The position numbers and the translations under genes were made by a program. Of a DNA stretch of 64,000 nucleotides, positions 1-13,514 are shown piece by piece. The stretch is from Chrysomallon squamiferum (taxonomy: Eukaryota; Animalia; Mollusca), in contig CM022673.1 of NCBI GenBank assembly GCA_012295275.1, positions 10,974,001-11,038,000 on the forward strand. The letters run 5' to 3'. Within the stretch, counting starts at the first letter, position 1, and each line of letters opens with the position of its first letter. The notes under the pieces are model-generated. The model was not told where the DNA came from. It made no database searches and saw nothing but the letters and a program-made list of their open reading frames with translations.

Positions 1-603
1 ATGCTTTTTACATACATGCACAAAACATATTAGTTACTTAAAATCACTCTTTCATTATTTTGATGATGATGATGATGATGTTGATGATGATAAGGAGATA
101 ATTATAATTATTATATGACATTTGATAAATTCTGCAAATGTTTACAAAAACGTGGCAAAGTATGAGGACTAGATAAATTTCTTGTTATATATATATAGAT
201 ATATATATATACATTGTTCAAAGTTATTTCATTAGTGTTCAATTACTAATTTATATCTTAAAAGAACATTTTGAAAACAATTAAATTGTTGTTATATAAG
301 AACCATTTTGTTTTGATGTATAGTTTTTATAGGTGACAATGAAATCAATATGCATGAATCTGTTACTCTCTAAAACAATGAGATGAGAAGTAAAATAGTT
401 AACTTCATTTACAAATGTTTTTGTATTATTTTAGGACAAAAGATACATAACTGGCTACTGTCTTAAAAAATCAGCTTATATGATTTCAAGTTTGTTACAG
501 GCTGTATTTCATAAATTACTGAGCCTATTTGTTCATTTGACAATAATAACACATTTGATTTCTGAAACAAAATTTTATATTCCATTTTGACAATTCTGAC
601 TAA

Positions 604-607
<4 letters not shown>

Positions 608-686
<79 letters not shown>
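608..686. repeat. (GA)n microsatellite
   Basis: Direct inspection. Similar tracts lie at about 2548-2604, 15541-15631 and 54126-54243. Confidence 0.97.
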
Positions 687-688
<2 letters not shown>

Positions 689-980
689 TTATGTATACAA
701 ATCCTACACGACTGTTTTACAGTGGTACTTGGCAACAGTAGAAAAAACATTTATTGTCTTTTTTTTTTTTTTTCTTTTCTTTCTTTCTTATTCTTTTGAA
801 AACAATCCCCTTTCAAACATATTATTTTTTTTTTTTTTTTAACATTTATACCATCAAGCATCAAGAAGAACACTCACCTACCCCCAAAAAATGTAGAGAG
901 AACACTAACGTAAAATAACGTAAACTATAAAGTTGATTTTTATTTTCTTAACATCGGTAAACAACTAAAACAGAACTTAC

Positions 981-1152
981 CTTGACCACCTGCAATCACT
1001 AACTGCACAGGTAAACAGGTAATACAACATCGATTGATTCATTGTCTAAGCGTGTCGAAGTGACCAGTGGTCCGAGTTTCGCGGTTCGCTGACCGATTGT
1101 TCGTACTGTGACAGAAATACGGCAAGTGACATAATGCGGTTTACAGTTTATA
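981..1152 (-). other. Candidate TATA promoter and first exon of an unidentified gene running off the left edge
   Basis: TATAAA at 1152-1147, a CpG-rich leader, an ATG at 1042 (MNQSMLYYLFTCAVSDCRWS, phase 2) and a strong AAG|GTAAGT donor at 980. A CRE lies at 1490-1497. Confidence 0.45.
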
Positions 1153-2538
1153 AAGCAGTGTACGATTGTAATACATTATTGTACTGTCGTTAATTAGTCT
1201 ATTATAAACTGCAATGTTTGATTGTTCATGTTCCATTAAATCCGTCGTTAATTAACTCATGAATTCAGGTATTATGTTCCTTCATGCATTGTACCGAGAA
1301 ATCAGACCCAAGCCCCCGCAATCTCCAGTCAGCCCTTCAGGGGAACTATACTTCGTTTCAGCGAAATCAATAGACTCATAAAATAATAAATATGCAGGTT
1401 TGGCCTTGACACCGAGGATCGATATTATCGATACGCATTAAATAGCAGTAGTCTCCACTTAGCCTGTATTTATATAATGTATTTAAATGTGACGTCAGAA
1501 AAGTCCGTTGGCCTGTTGTATATTAAATACGTGTCTGGGGGCTGTTATAACCTGTATTTCATTGGACCATTTTATGTTTTGGAGAATGTGTGTGCGTCTG
1601 TCCAAGTGGAAGTATTATTTCGAAGAAGCGTGTTTTCTCCTGGGTGTCAAAAACAGGTGCTGACATGTTTTCTTAGTTTGTTTGAATGGCAACGTATTCA
1701 ATAAAACATTAACCCATTTGGATACACTATTCGCAAAACGTTAATGTTTTTTTTTATTTATTAGAATAGCATTTATTTTCTTTCTTCTTTTTTTTCTTTC
1801 TTTCTTTCTTACTGTATTTATGTTTTTCTCTCATCTCTTCATGAGAGACCGCACATAATTATCACCTTTAATGCTTTATGTAAACAGTCAAGGTCGCCAA
1901 ATTGTATAAATGTGGCTGTTTTTGCAAAACAAAACAAAATTTGAGACAGGCTTAGAGTTACACTTAAGATGAAATGGATTTATTTATAATTGAACTTGTT
2001 TTTCTTTTCATTCCGTGAGTAATATGAGTTTCATGAAGATTCGGGCTGTTTTCACTAACTACTGCTCGGCGATATTTTACCATTTCGTCTGTACTCGTTG
2101 GTCACAAGATGAATTAAAGTAATTTGGCAATTTAATATTTGTTAATATATTTGTAATGATTCATTACTTAACATCGGTGTTAATGTCACTCGCGTATGAA
2201 TATGTGACTGACGTCGTTAAATAATTTATTGTTATTTATTGTTAATTTTCATTTTATTTTTAATTTTATTATTATTATTATTTTATTAATTTTTAAATTC
2301 TATTTTTTTTTTCTTTTAAAAACAATCTAATTTCCAATACTAGGATTACTTGCGATTTGTTACTTGTTTGTTTCTTGTTTGGTAAATTTATAGTAAAATA
2401 TAATAATAAAAATAAAATTTAAAGAAAAAGAAAGAAATAAAGAAAAAAGAACAAAAACAAAAAACCCTCATCCTAAAAAAAAAAAACAAAAAACAACCCA
2501 ACAAACAAAAACAATGATAATTATACAGATGCAACAGA

Positions 2539-2609
<71 letters not shown>

Positions 2610-5600
2610 AAAAAGTAGAAAGAATAAGTGTTTATAATTTGAAATAAAAAATGATGCACGTGCAGCAAGAGATGGACTGGCAGCCATTTTGAATTGTTAC
2701 GCTTGTTATGTTGTTATTGCCATATTAATACACTTTGTAGACTTAATCTACACATGAAGACTAACTCTATAATAAGTTTTTATCTTATATATCTTAATTA
2801 CAAGTGAAATAACGACTGTAAAGCACAAGCAAATTACGCACTGGTTACAAAGTTATCATCAGGGGACCCAATGACACTAATTAACTTTAATCTGGTTTTG
2901 GTAAGCCACTGTCACTGTCCAGCATCATTAATATTGTATTGTAATGTCTGATGTAAGATTATTACAGAGATGAAAAAAAAAAAAAAAAACTTCAACAACA
3001 ATAAGCAGAACAACAAAATAATAAATAAATAAATAAATAAATAAAATCATGAACATAAATAAATAAATAAAAAGTAATAATAATAAATAAATTAAAAATA
3101 AATACAAATAAATATAATAATTATAAGAAGAAAAATGTAATAACAAAAAAAAAACAAAAAAACAAAAATAAAAAAAAAAAAAAAAAAAAAAGAAAGAAAG
3201 AAAAGACAACAAAAAGTGATAAAATTTAAAACACCCATTCAACAAAACATTAGATCTTGTTATAACAGTTTTATTTCAGGTGGCATCAAATTTTTACATT
3301 CGCGAGTTTTCTTATCGATGCCAGTTTACAGGTTCATTTTTCTGTCAACACATGTACATAATGTCGTACACTTGCCTCAGATCAGTATCAGTTATATAAT
3401 TACATAGTTTATAAACACACACATGATAACCTTCAGTATTTTTGATTTGCTACTTTGAAGTACTGTTACATCATCTATCAGTACATGTAATTTAAAAAAA
3501 AAAAATTATCAGTGTCCTAGACTTGCCTCTGTTCAGTATCAATTATACAGAAACAACAAATTTATCAATACATATTTAATAATAATAAATTTATTATTAT
3601 TTAAAAAAAAAAAAAAAAAAAAAAAAAGGTTATAAAAAGCCTAGACCTGCTTCTGATCAATAGCAATTAAACAGCAATAATATTAATATATGTACTTTAC
3701 ATCTGCATAATCAAGATTTGGTTCTGTTTAGTGTCAATTATAATGTTAATCAATGTATGTATAATCTTTGTATCAAGTCTAGATGTGTTTCTTTTCAATA
3801 TTAAATAATTGTGACACAATATTTCAGTGTATGTACATGATTGTATCAATAACCTGAACTTTAATATATATAGATATATGTTTAAACAATATATCAGTAA
3901 AAAATAATGCTTGTATCTGTTCTCTAAACTTGATTCTATTCACTATCAATTAAATACAGTTAAATTATCTATTAATAAAAATGATGTAATAAAATTTTTA
4001 TCATTAATCTAGACTTAACCAGTTCACTATAAATTATCTATATATATATATATATAATCTTCTTTTTAATTTTTATTTTATTATTATTATTATTATTTTT
4101 ATTTTTTACAAACATTCTAAACTTTACCAGTTCAGTAAAATTTATCTAACAATGAATGAAAATAATATTTTTGTCATTAATAACAAATTTTATAATTAAA
4201 TTAAATTATTCATTAGTGTATTTACATAACATTAATATGAATATTCCAGACTTTTCTTCATGCAAGATAAATTGTTCTGTTTTTTTGTTAGCTTAAATCA
4301 TTACATGTCATGAAAATTACAACTGTTGGATAAACTTGTTTAATGGGAAAAATCTGTATAAAAATTATTCAACTGATGCAAGTATTATTGATCAGTAATT
4401 AAAATAATAGTACTAAGAGTGATAATTGTTGTAGCAATAGTAATAGTAGTAGTAGTAATTGTAGCAATAATAGTAATAGTTGTAGTAATAGTAATAGTAG
4501 TAACAGTAGCAGTAATAGTAAAAATTGTAGCAGTAATAGTAAAAATCGTAGTAGTAATAACAGTGGTAATATTTGTATTACTTTGAGATCAGCAGACAAA
4601 AATTTTAAAACGTTTTTCACTCAAAACAGTTTTAACTAGTTAACTCACTCAAATAACCAAATCATCTAACCGAAGACTTCAAAGCCCGATATATAAATAC
4701 AAGTCATCAAAATATACAGCTTATAATTCTGAGAAAAAAACCCACCCACAAAACTAGGATACAATCCCATTGTAAGCATCACAAGATCAACACACTAACA
4801 TTCCTTTAAACTTCAACAGTATTTTCTTAAATTAGTATCATTATTTTTGAAAGATATTTCTTAAAACTTTGCACAGCAAAATACAATATTACACTCATAA
4901 CAGTTTTATTTTATTTAAACTTTTAACTTATTCTGTATCATGCTTTATGAAATTATACAGTCCCTTTGTTTAGATATTAAAACTGGAGCCAGATTTAAAT
5001 GAAATGATTATATTTAGTAAAAAGTTAAACAAGATTATCTCTCTTCTCAAAAACAAGTCAGAACACACTGATACCTTCTATGAAAAAAAAAAAAAAGAAT
5101 AAATCACAAAGCAATGGCTAGATTGGGAAATAACTGAAAAAACGATCAATCCTCAAGTCTTTATAAACAAAACTGCTTTCACAGATGAACAACATTTTCT
5201 TGTTTTTGTAATTTTTTTACTTAATCTACCTCAAGCTTCATTTAACCCAAAAACAGTTTTAATTCACCCATAACAAATCTTGGAATCCCATTTTAATTCC
5301 AATTTTTGTTTATATTGTTATGACTCTGGGTTTTTTTTAATTTTAACTGAATATGGATCCATTTTAATTAACATCTGATTGGAAATAAATTATAATACTG
5401 CATAAGATGAACATACAAGGCAAACAGTTTTGTTTATTAATTTATTTTTAATTATTAATCTTATTTTTTTATTATTATTTTTTTTTAATTTCAAAGAACA
5501 AAAGAATACAAAATAAAACTACAAAACGGTTGATACAAAAAATAAAAATAAAAATAAAAACTTGTACAAATGACTGAATTCAACCAAACAATAATGATCT

Positions 5601-8146
5601 AAAAATGTATTATTTCTATTTTCTTTTTACTGCATTCTTTATAACATAGGTTTCCTGTTGTGATTAAACAGTTTAACAATCACAACAGGTGGACTCAAAT
5701 ATTCTTTCTTTGAGATTCAAGAAAAAAAAAACAATGATGGTTATCCGTTTTGTTATTATATTTCAAATACATGTCGTGGCTGATATACAGAGAGAAGCGC
5801 AATCAATATATACACAGGCAGAAATGATACACAGGAGAATTATCTGGCAGTGATAATGCAAATTAATGAATCTCTGTATATATATATAAAGATACATTTT
5901 CACGGTAAGTATAAAAAAAACAGTCCTAGACAATCCTTTAAAACAAGGCAGGCTTTGAAATGAAAAACCTCTGTACATTTTGATTCATGTTAAATTATTG
6001 TTAAAAATGTAACGAAATATTCTCAACCTCTCAAGCAAATCCGTGCCTTTTATTTACAGCTTAACAAAGAGAATGTACACTCATCCATATACATTTATAT
6101 ATATATATATATACGTTGATACTGTTTGCTCATCTTTACCAATCAAATGAATAATTCTAACAGACGATTTAACAGTTTCCCCAACTTCTAGTTAAATATT
6201 GCAAAATGAACTATATTAATAATAAAAAAAAAACACCCAAACTTGCACTTAATGATTTCATTTTAGAATGAAAACATATGGTTTAACATAATTGTGGTTT
6301 ATAAACTATTCACAAAAATCTTGCATGAACAATTAATATTTTGATCGGATATTGGCTTTATTAATAAAGGCGAATTCACACAATGGGACTTGCATTAATA
6401 TCTCAGCTGTAAATTGTAATGAATTGTAACATAATTTTGTTCTATATTCTACTGTATCACTGGATATCTGATAGCAATAACTGGATATCATTAATACAGA
6501 TATATATATATATATATATATTACAATTTTCAGTTGCATTCAGAAAAGGTTTTTACAAACTCTTGAATTATTAATGCAAATCACATTGTGTGAATGAGCC
6601 TTTTGAAAGGTACTTCATGGTATCCGTTGAAACATACGTAAAAATACACGTAACCAAAGAAAAAGCTTATAATAATGCATAAATATTTAGATAAATAGTA
6701 CAATTACTATTACAATTATTATCATTATTATTATTACTATTATTATTATTAGCTGTTTTTTATTATTTATTTATTTATTTTTTTTGGAAGAGGGAGGGCT
6801 GGGTTTATATGGGCATAAAATCATTGAAAATAATAATAGTAACAGCAATAGTAATAGTAATATTTGAATCCTAATTCTACAAACTATCAATGACTAACAC
6901 CCTGATATTAAACTTTCAGTTCTATCCAAAACCCTGTTTAACCAATATAAATTCAATTTAGTTGATATTAAAATGTATTTAAAAAAACAATAAAAAAAAA
7001 AAAAATAATAATAATAATAATAAATAAATAAATAAAAACAACAGTAAAAACATTATTCCTAAGTAAACCACTTGCAAAAATATATCAAACTGACAGAACC
7101 GTATTCATGATTTTCCAATTCATATTAAATCTGTATTAAGCAATGCACAATTTGACTCAGATACAACTCACATTTGCATATTAATACACTGTTTAAGAAT
7201 ATGACGTTCATTGATTTTAAAGAAAGACTAAACATTTTGCATAACAATTAACTAAAAACGGCACATAATCTATGGATTTCTTTGACAGTGGTAAAACGGT
7301 TACATCTCTGAGACAAGATATTATTAAGAAGACACTAAAACTGTTTTATACAACTGAGGATGAGCATGCAAGATGTGATCAATAAAAACTGAGCTGCATA
7401 CAGGAATGACAGTTACAATTACATGTAATCAGGTTATTAATCTAAAATTCAGATTTTCTATACATTTGTATGCTGTCTTTTTATTTTATCATCTGCTCAT
7501 ATTATATCAGTAAACTTTAACCCTCAGTATCCCAAAATTATCAATACACAACTCAAGAACTTTTGTGGATCTTATATCAGACTAAAAAGGCTTTGGATGA
7601 AACTGAATATTTTTTAAAGCTTGCTTCAAGTCCAAATGTGGGTAAAATATGAACAACTGATAATGAATTAATGTAATATTGGTATGAATTTTTTTTAAAA
7701 ATATGTTTGTCCAAGACAGACTGTATAAAGCATACATCTGACGATACAAATAAATAATTATTTTATAAAATTCTAGGTGACTGCATTACCTGACAACAAC
7801 CTTTGCTAATAATAAAGTTTATCAATAAAATAGTTTCCACAATAATGCACAGAAGCTATTGATTATATTCTCTTGTTTTTTTTTTCTTTTTTATGTCAAG
7901 TTGTACCAAGTTATTGACTCAGCAGAGAGTAATTTTATGATTAATTCAAAGCTTTGTGTCATGAAACAGATACAAAACTTTAACACTGAAATATAAAAAA
8001 ACTTTGTTCAGAATAATTTTCTTCACGACACACATTATTTTAATGACACTCCAAAAAAGCCTCGTCTTTTGTCTAAATTTAAAAAAAAATAAATAATAAA
8101 ATTTCGCAATCCACTTTTGTAACACAAGCTGCTAAACTCTAAAACT

Positions 8147-10302
8147 TCACTGTGACGATAAATCGGGAGTGCTTCCCCTCAGGCGTTCCTTCCGTATCCA
8201 CGACAACAGAGTCCTGTCCTGAGGCAGTTTTTCGTTTTTCACAGCGGGCTGCAGCTGCTCCCAGGCAGACACTCTGGATTCCTGCTCACTGTCCTTTGTG
8301 CCTGTGACTGCAATTAAAGCTTTGAAGTGTTCCAGGTCATCGGGGCCACCCACTGTGTGGCGTCTCCGAGACCTCTTGGAGCGCTTCTTCTCAGAATGAG
8401 ACGAGTCGGAGCAGCCCTTGTCGAGATAAAACACAGGTCTGGCTGGCTGGTTCCAGTTCATGTTTTTCTCCTCTCTACTCAGTCGAGCCAGCGTCGCATT
8501 CACTTCCGTCTTTTCCGACTTAGTGATAGACCGATAGTCGCTTTTACTCGCTGTCGGTTTTGATTCGAGTTTTTTGGGCTGCGTGAGCAACAGTGATGAA
8601 GAGGACTGTCCGGATTTTGTGAACTGTTTCACACCAAATGGTTTCACCTCAGCCAGGTGTCTCTGCGACTGAGCTGCGGGTGGAGCTGTTAGGGACGACA
8701 CACCGGCATCGTTTCGGGATGGCAACGGAATCTGACTGCCTCGCTCGAAGCGACAGGCAACGCCTATTTTTGGTTCTGGTTTCCTGTGTAAACTGGGATC
8801 TCTGAAATGTCTTTCTTTCAGCATTTCTACCGGACCCTGCGGGAGAATAACTTGAGCTGATGCAGAAGGCACAGAAACTTTGCTTAACGACACTTCGTTT
8901 TTCTTAGGAGGACTTTGATCTTTCTCCTCCTGGTTGACAGAGGAGCTGACACTACCTGAGGAGAATTCTGGAAAGTTAGAGCCATTGCTTCTTCTGTGTC
9001 CAAGTTTATATTTTGGGTTTAAAAGAATCTGTAGTTTTTGATCGAACGTTGAAGTGAGGCTGGTGAGGAGGTCTGAACCATCTTCAGAATCAGACGATGC
9101 CCACGAAGATCTGTTGTCCTTCCTCTCTATCATGTCTATGAGGGAGTCGAGAGATCCGTGACGAAGAATTCCATACTGACTCAGACTGCCAGGCCGGGAT
9201 TTCTTCTCAGGATCTTTATCTTGTCTGTTGCCACCGTCTGGCTGGTGTTGATGATGATACAGATGAGAAGATCGTCGATTCACATGTTCCTGATTGTCAA
9301 GAATATTTTCTAAAGATCCAGTCCTCACCGAGTATCTCGGAGCAAGAGAGTCGAGACTTCCCTGCAGAACTCCGTGATTCGGTTTACTTCTAGAATTAGC
9401 TATACTAACAAAATACTTCCCCCCCGAATGTGGTTTTCCTTCATGTGTTGTTCTACCACGCCTCTCAGCAACTCTCTGAGTCCTCTCTGAATAACCAAGC
9501 TGCACTCCACCACTCGAACCACTGTCTCTGCTAGAATCAGAAGATGAAGGGTAATGTCTGATGGGCAGAGGGTTTGCCCTGCCTTCTGTGGTTGTGTAGG
9601 TAACAGTGTCTGGTTTTACCCCATCGTAGACTCGGTAAGAAAAGTCTGGTCTCCAGTTGAGCAAGTCCTCCACACTGTGGCTCTCCTCCAGTTCCAGTTC
9701 CTTCTTGGTCTGCTGATACTCCTGTTCAATCCACTGCTTCTCCGCTCGCCGCTTCTCTCTTCGTCTCTGCTCTTCTCGTTCTCGAATCACCCGAGCTTCC
9801 ACTTCAATCCTCCGCAGTCCATCGAGTGTGTCAGGACTCAAGCTCCAGCTGTTGCTGAGCCCATGCGACATCTCTATCTCGTCGTTCCTGTCAAGCAGAG
9901 AATCATCAGAATAGTGTCGACTGAATGCTGTCCTCTCGGACTTTTTCACTCGGGATTCCAGTTTCTGAGAGTCGATGAACTCCCAGTCGACAAAGTTGAT
10001 GTCGTCTGTTGACGTCTTGCTGTGTGACTTCAGTGTCGACGATGACAACTTGTGGTCGAGGAATTCTTCTGACATGCTGCGAGAGCTCAGAGAGCTCAGT
10101 GTTGTCTGCGACTTGTTGATCATGCTGACTGTGGAAACCTGGCGTTTGCCGATCTCATAGTCAATGTTACGTTCGTTAAAGCTCGTGTCTGTGTCCAGCG
10201 AGTCAGTACTCTTCTGCTGTTGTTTGTTTTGAATTTTCCTGTTTGCTGCAGAGATGATGGAAGACATGATTTCTCTCGCTTGAATGGCTGATTCTTCATC
10301 CT
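8147..10302 (-). CDS. ARHGAP21: ARHGAP21/23 terminal coding exon (Ser-rich tail, charged helix, RRRHTVGG)
   Basis: Acceptor ttgttacag, phase 1 matches the previous exon. Open for about 718 codons to the TGA at 8149-8147. Confidence 0.92.
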
Positions 10303-10870
10303 CTGTAACAAACATAAAACAAATAATAATAATTAACATTAATACACACAAACACTCAAAACATCCTGTTAAATTAAACAGCTATTTGCTTAGTTTTTTT
10401 AGTCTTAATTTTTTCTTCTTTTTTTTAAAAGGAAAGAAAACAAATTTTAATATATGACAAAAGAATAAACTTCAAAATTTAAACTATGTTTTACTTGAAA
10501 CCTGTACATCATTATATTCAAGATATTTTAGGTGGTTTTTTTTAGCAATCTTGTAAATTTAAGTTTTATTTCTACTAACCATCCTCTTCCTTTACAATCC
10601 TGGAAGGATTGGTGGTAGGGGGAGATTCAGAGACTGCCTCTAGGGGTACTGTATGGTCATCTTCCCAGGAGCTGAAAAACCACTCGTGCTGAAAAGAAAC
10701 ATTTAAAAAATATTTGTCTTTTTTTTATTATTACTTTTGGGAGAAAAAAACAAGAACTGACAGAGAAATTTTACAGCCGTTATTTTCTCTTCATTTTAAA
10801 TAATCATACAGCAAACATTGGATAGTCACTCATAGACACAGACAGATGCATTGGTGCATGCACATGCACT

Positions 10871-10901
<31 letters not shown>

Positions 10902-13377
10902 CGCACAAACACACACACAAACACACACACACTCTCTCTCACTCACTCACACTCACAGATACACGCACACACATACACTCACAGATTATGTAAAAACTCA
11001 CATGAAGTATAATACTCTCCACAATACGACACTGGTCAGACATTTCAGACACAAAAGCATACGGGTCATTGTCAGACCGATGAATCAAAGTCGGCCCAAA
11101 CATGATGGCCAAATTCTTGGCATCCATCTGAAAATATAAAAACAAAATAGTAAAATCTGCTGAATAAAGCTGCATAGCAGCTATCCATAATTAATGTATA
11201 ATTAATGTATGATGATAAACTCACCATTTAGTGATTAGTGCATCATCACATTGACTAAATACAAAAGGGTTAAAACTGTTGGTGGAAAACAAAGAACAGA
11301 AGAATGTGGCCTGTTGCAGATGTAGGTAAATAACTGGACAGTGAAGACAGAGGAAGACACTGTTTTTTTTTTTTTTACAGTGATATGGTTTCAGACATGT
11401 TTAAAGACCACTCAGATTATTAGAGAAGAAAGTCATTGACACACTTCAAGGGCTACTCTGTCTGATTAGCAGCAAAGAATATTTTATATATACCATCCCA
11501 TAAACAGCATAGAACATATCAAGACCTTTGTTACATCAGCTAGGCATCTCTGGCTGGAATGAGAAACAGCTCAAACATCCACCAAGAGAGACTAATCCAA
11601 TTCATACTCATTCAGTAGATGCTCTACAACTGAGCTACATAACACTCCTTGACAAAGAAAGGATGCAACTAATATCCTTAATCTACTCCTCAGTTTAGGA
11701 CAGTAATGTTTATGTTATTTAGGTGTTCTTCTGTCAATCAGTAGACAAAAAAGGGTTGATCCTGTGACCAGTATCCATAATGTACTGCCTAGTCTAGGAC
11801 CTAGAACAATAATGTTTATGTTATTTATTTTTTTTCTTCTGGGATTGTAATGTGACTTGTATGTTTAATCTGCTTGCTGCTCTAGAACAGCGATGTTTAC
11901 CTTATTGATGTGTCCATTTGCTGCCACTTTGCTGAGATGTTCTGCCAGACGTTTGAAAGTTTCAAAGTGATGTTCTGGCAATGTATGCAACAGTCGCTTC
12001 AGCTTCAGCATTCTTTTCTCAACATCTTCAATCCTGTTTGCCTCAATGAACCGAGCATAATCCTCTGCAAAACAAATTTACATGAAACTTAAAGAAGTAA
12101 TTACCTAGTCCTCTTCAAAACAAATTCGTTTAATATTAAACATTTATATAAGATTATAGAAATAATTACCTAGTCAAATGAATTCAATTAGCATATAAAC
12201 ATTTGGATAAAGGTTAGAGAATTACAGGTTTGTATGCACGAGAAAGTGAGAGAAGACAGACCGAGAAAAACAGAAAATGTGTGAGAAAAGGAGAAAGGGT
12301 CAGAGAGAGAGAAACACAAAGACAGAAAGTGAGAGAGACAGAGAGGAGAAAGAGAAACAGAGAGACAGATAAAGAGAAAGAGAAAGAGAGGGTGAAACCA
12401 CATTGAAATGCAGAGTTGGATGGGTGTTTCGTTTTTTTTAATATTTCTTCGTATTAGTTTTTAATGTTCTCATTGTGCAAAGTTCAAAGTTATGTCACAC
12501 ATAATTATGTATGTATAATTATTATAATTTTTATAAAATGACTGTTGTGTTATCACTTACTGTTTGTGACCAAAGGCTCTGGCAGTTTTCTGAAGAAAGA
12601 CTTCAACAAAGAGCTGATGACATTCACATCTAGCCATTTCTCATTGTTGATGTTCACATTGTCTATACCCTGATGTAATAAATAAATAAATAAATAAATA
12701 CACAGATATTAATAATCATTATCATCATATAACAATAATAATAAAAATATATATAATAATGAACATTGTAGATTTTATTTTATTAATTTTTTTTTTCTTA
12801 AATAAAAAGTTAAATGAAATAAATAAAAACAAATGTTTACACACGTTAAAATTTTATGACAAATGAAATGAATAAAGCTTAAAATCAAACACTGAAATGA
12901 CAAACAGTCAGCACAGAAATTTAGGCTATTACTATTAACAGTTTAAATATATTATAAAATAAATTTATTGTATAATATACACAATTACACACACACACAA
13001 TATCAAAAAACTAAATAAAATTTTAATTTTAAAATTTAAAAACGAATTATCAAGTTTTTACCTATTACTTAAACACAAATTACTGCAACATATTTTACAC
13101 ATTCAAAATAGATTGATTTAATAATTTTATAACAAACTTCAGCTTACCCGACTCAGCTCCTCTTGTATATTTGCCACGGCCACAGAATTGCCTGGGACTC
13201 GGTAGACCCCTACAACATCCATACCCCGAGCCTCCACTATCCTTGTACACAGCTCAACAATCAACGGCACGTACTGTAATTGAAAATATCTTAGTGAAAC
13301 ATCAGTGCAATAAATTCAATCATAAGGCAATTGGTCATTCTAACCTTTGCAGATTAATGCTGATATCTTAAGACCAG

Positions 13378-13419
<42 letters not shown>

Positions 13420-13473
13420 TCACTCACTCACACTCATTCAAACACTCACTAACTCACTCACTCTCCCCTCTCT

Positions 13474-13514
<41 letters not shown>

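Noticed and set aside
463-842. ER-, LS-, CV-, HT-, poly-Y and poly-V repeat ORFs here and throughout the window
   Set aside because: They are translations of microsatellites and homopolymer tracts.
3365-4265. Repeat-spacer pattern as a CRISPR array
   Set aside because: The repeats are highly degenerate, the spacers are unequal and low-complexity, and no cas genes are present.
11560-11641. tRNA gene suggested by GTAGCTCAGTTGTAGAGC on the minus strand
   Set aside because: There is no intact T-arm/B-box or acceptor stem, and it continues into a SINE body and tail.
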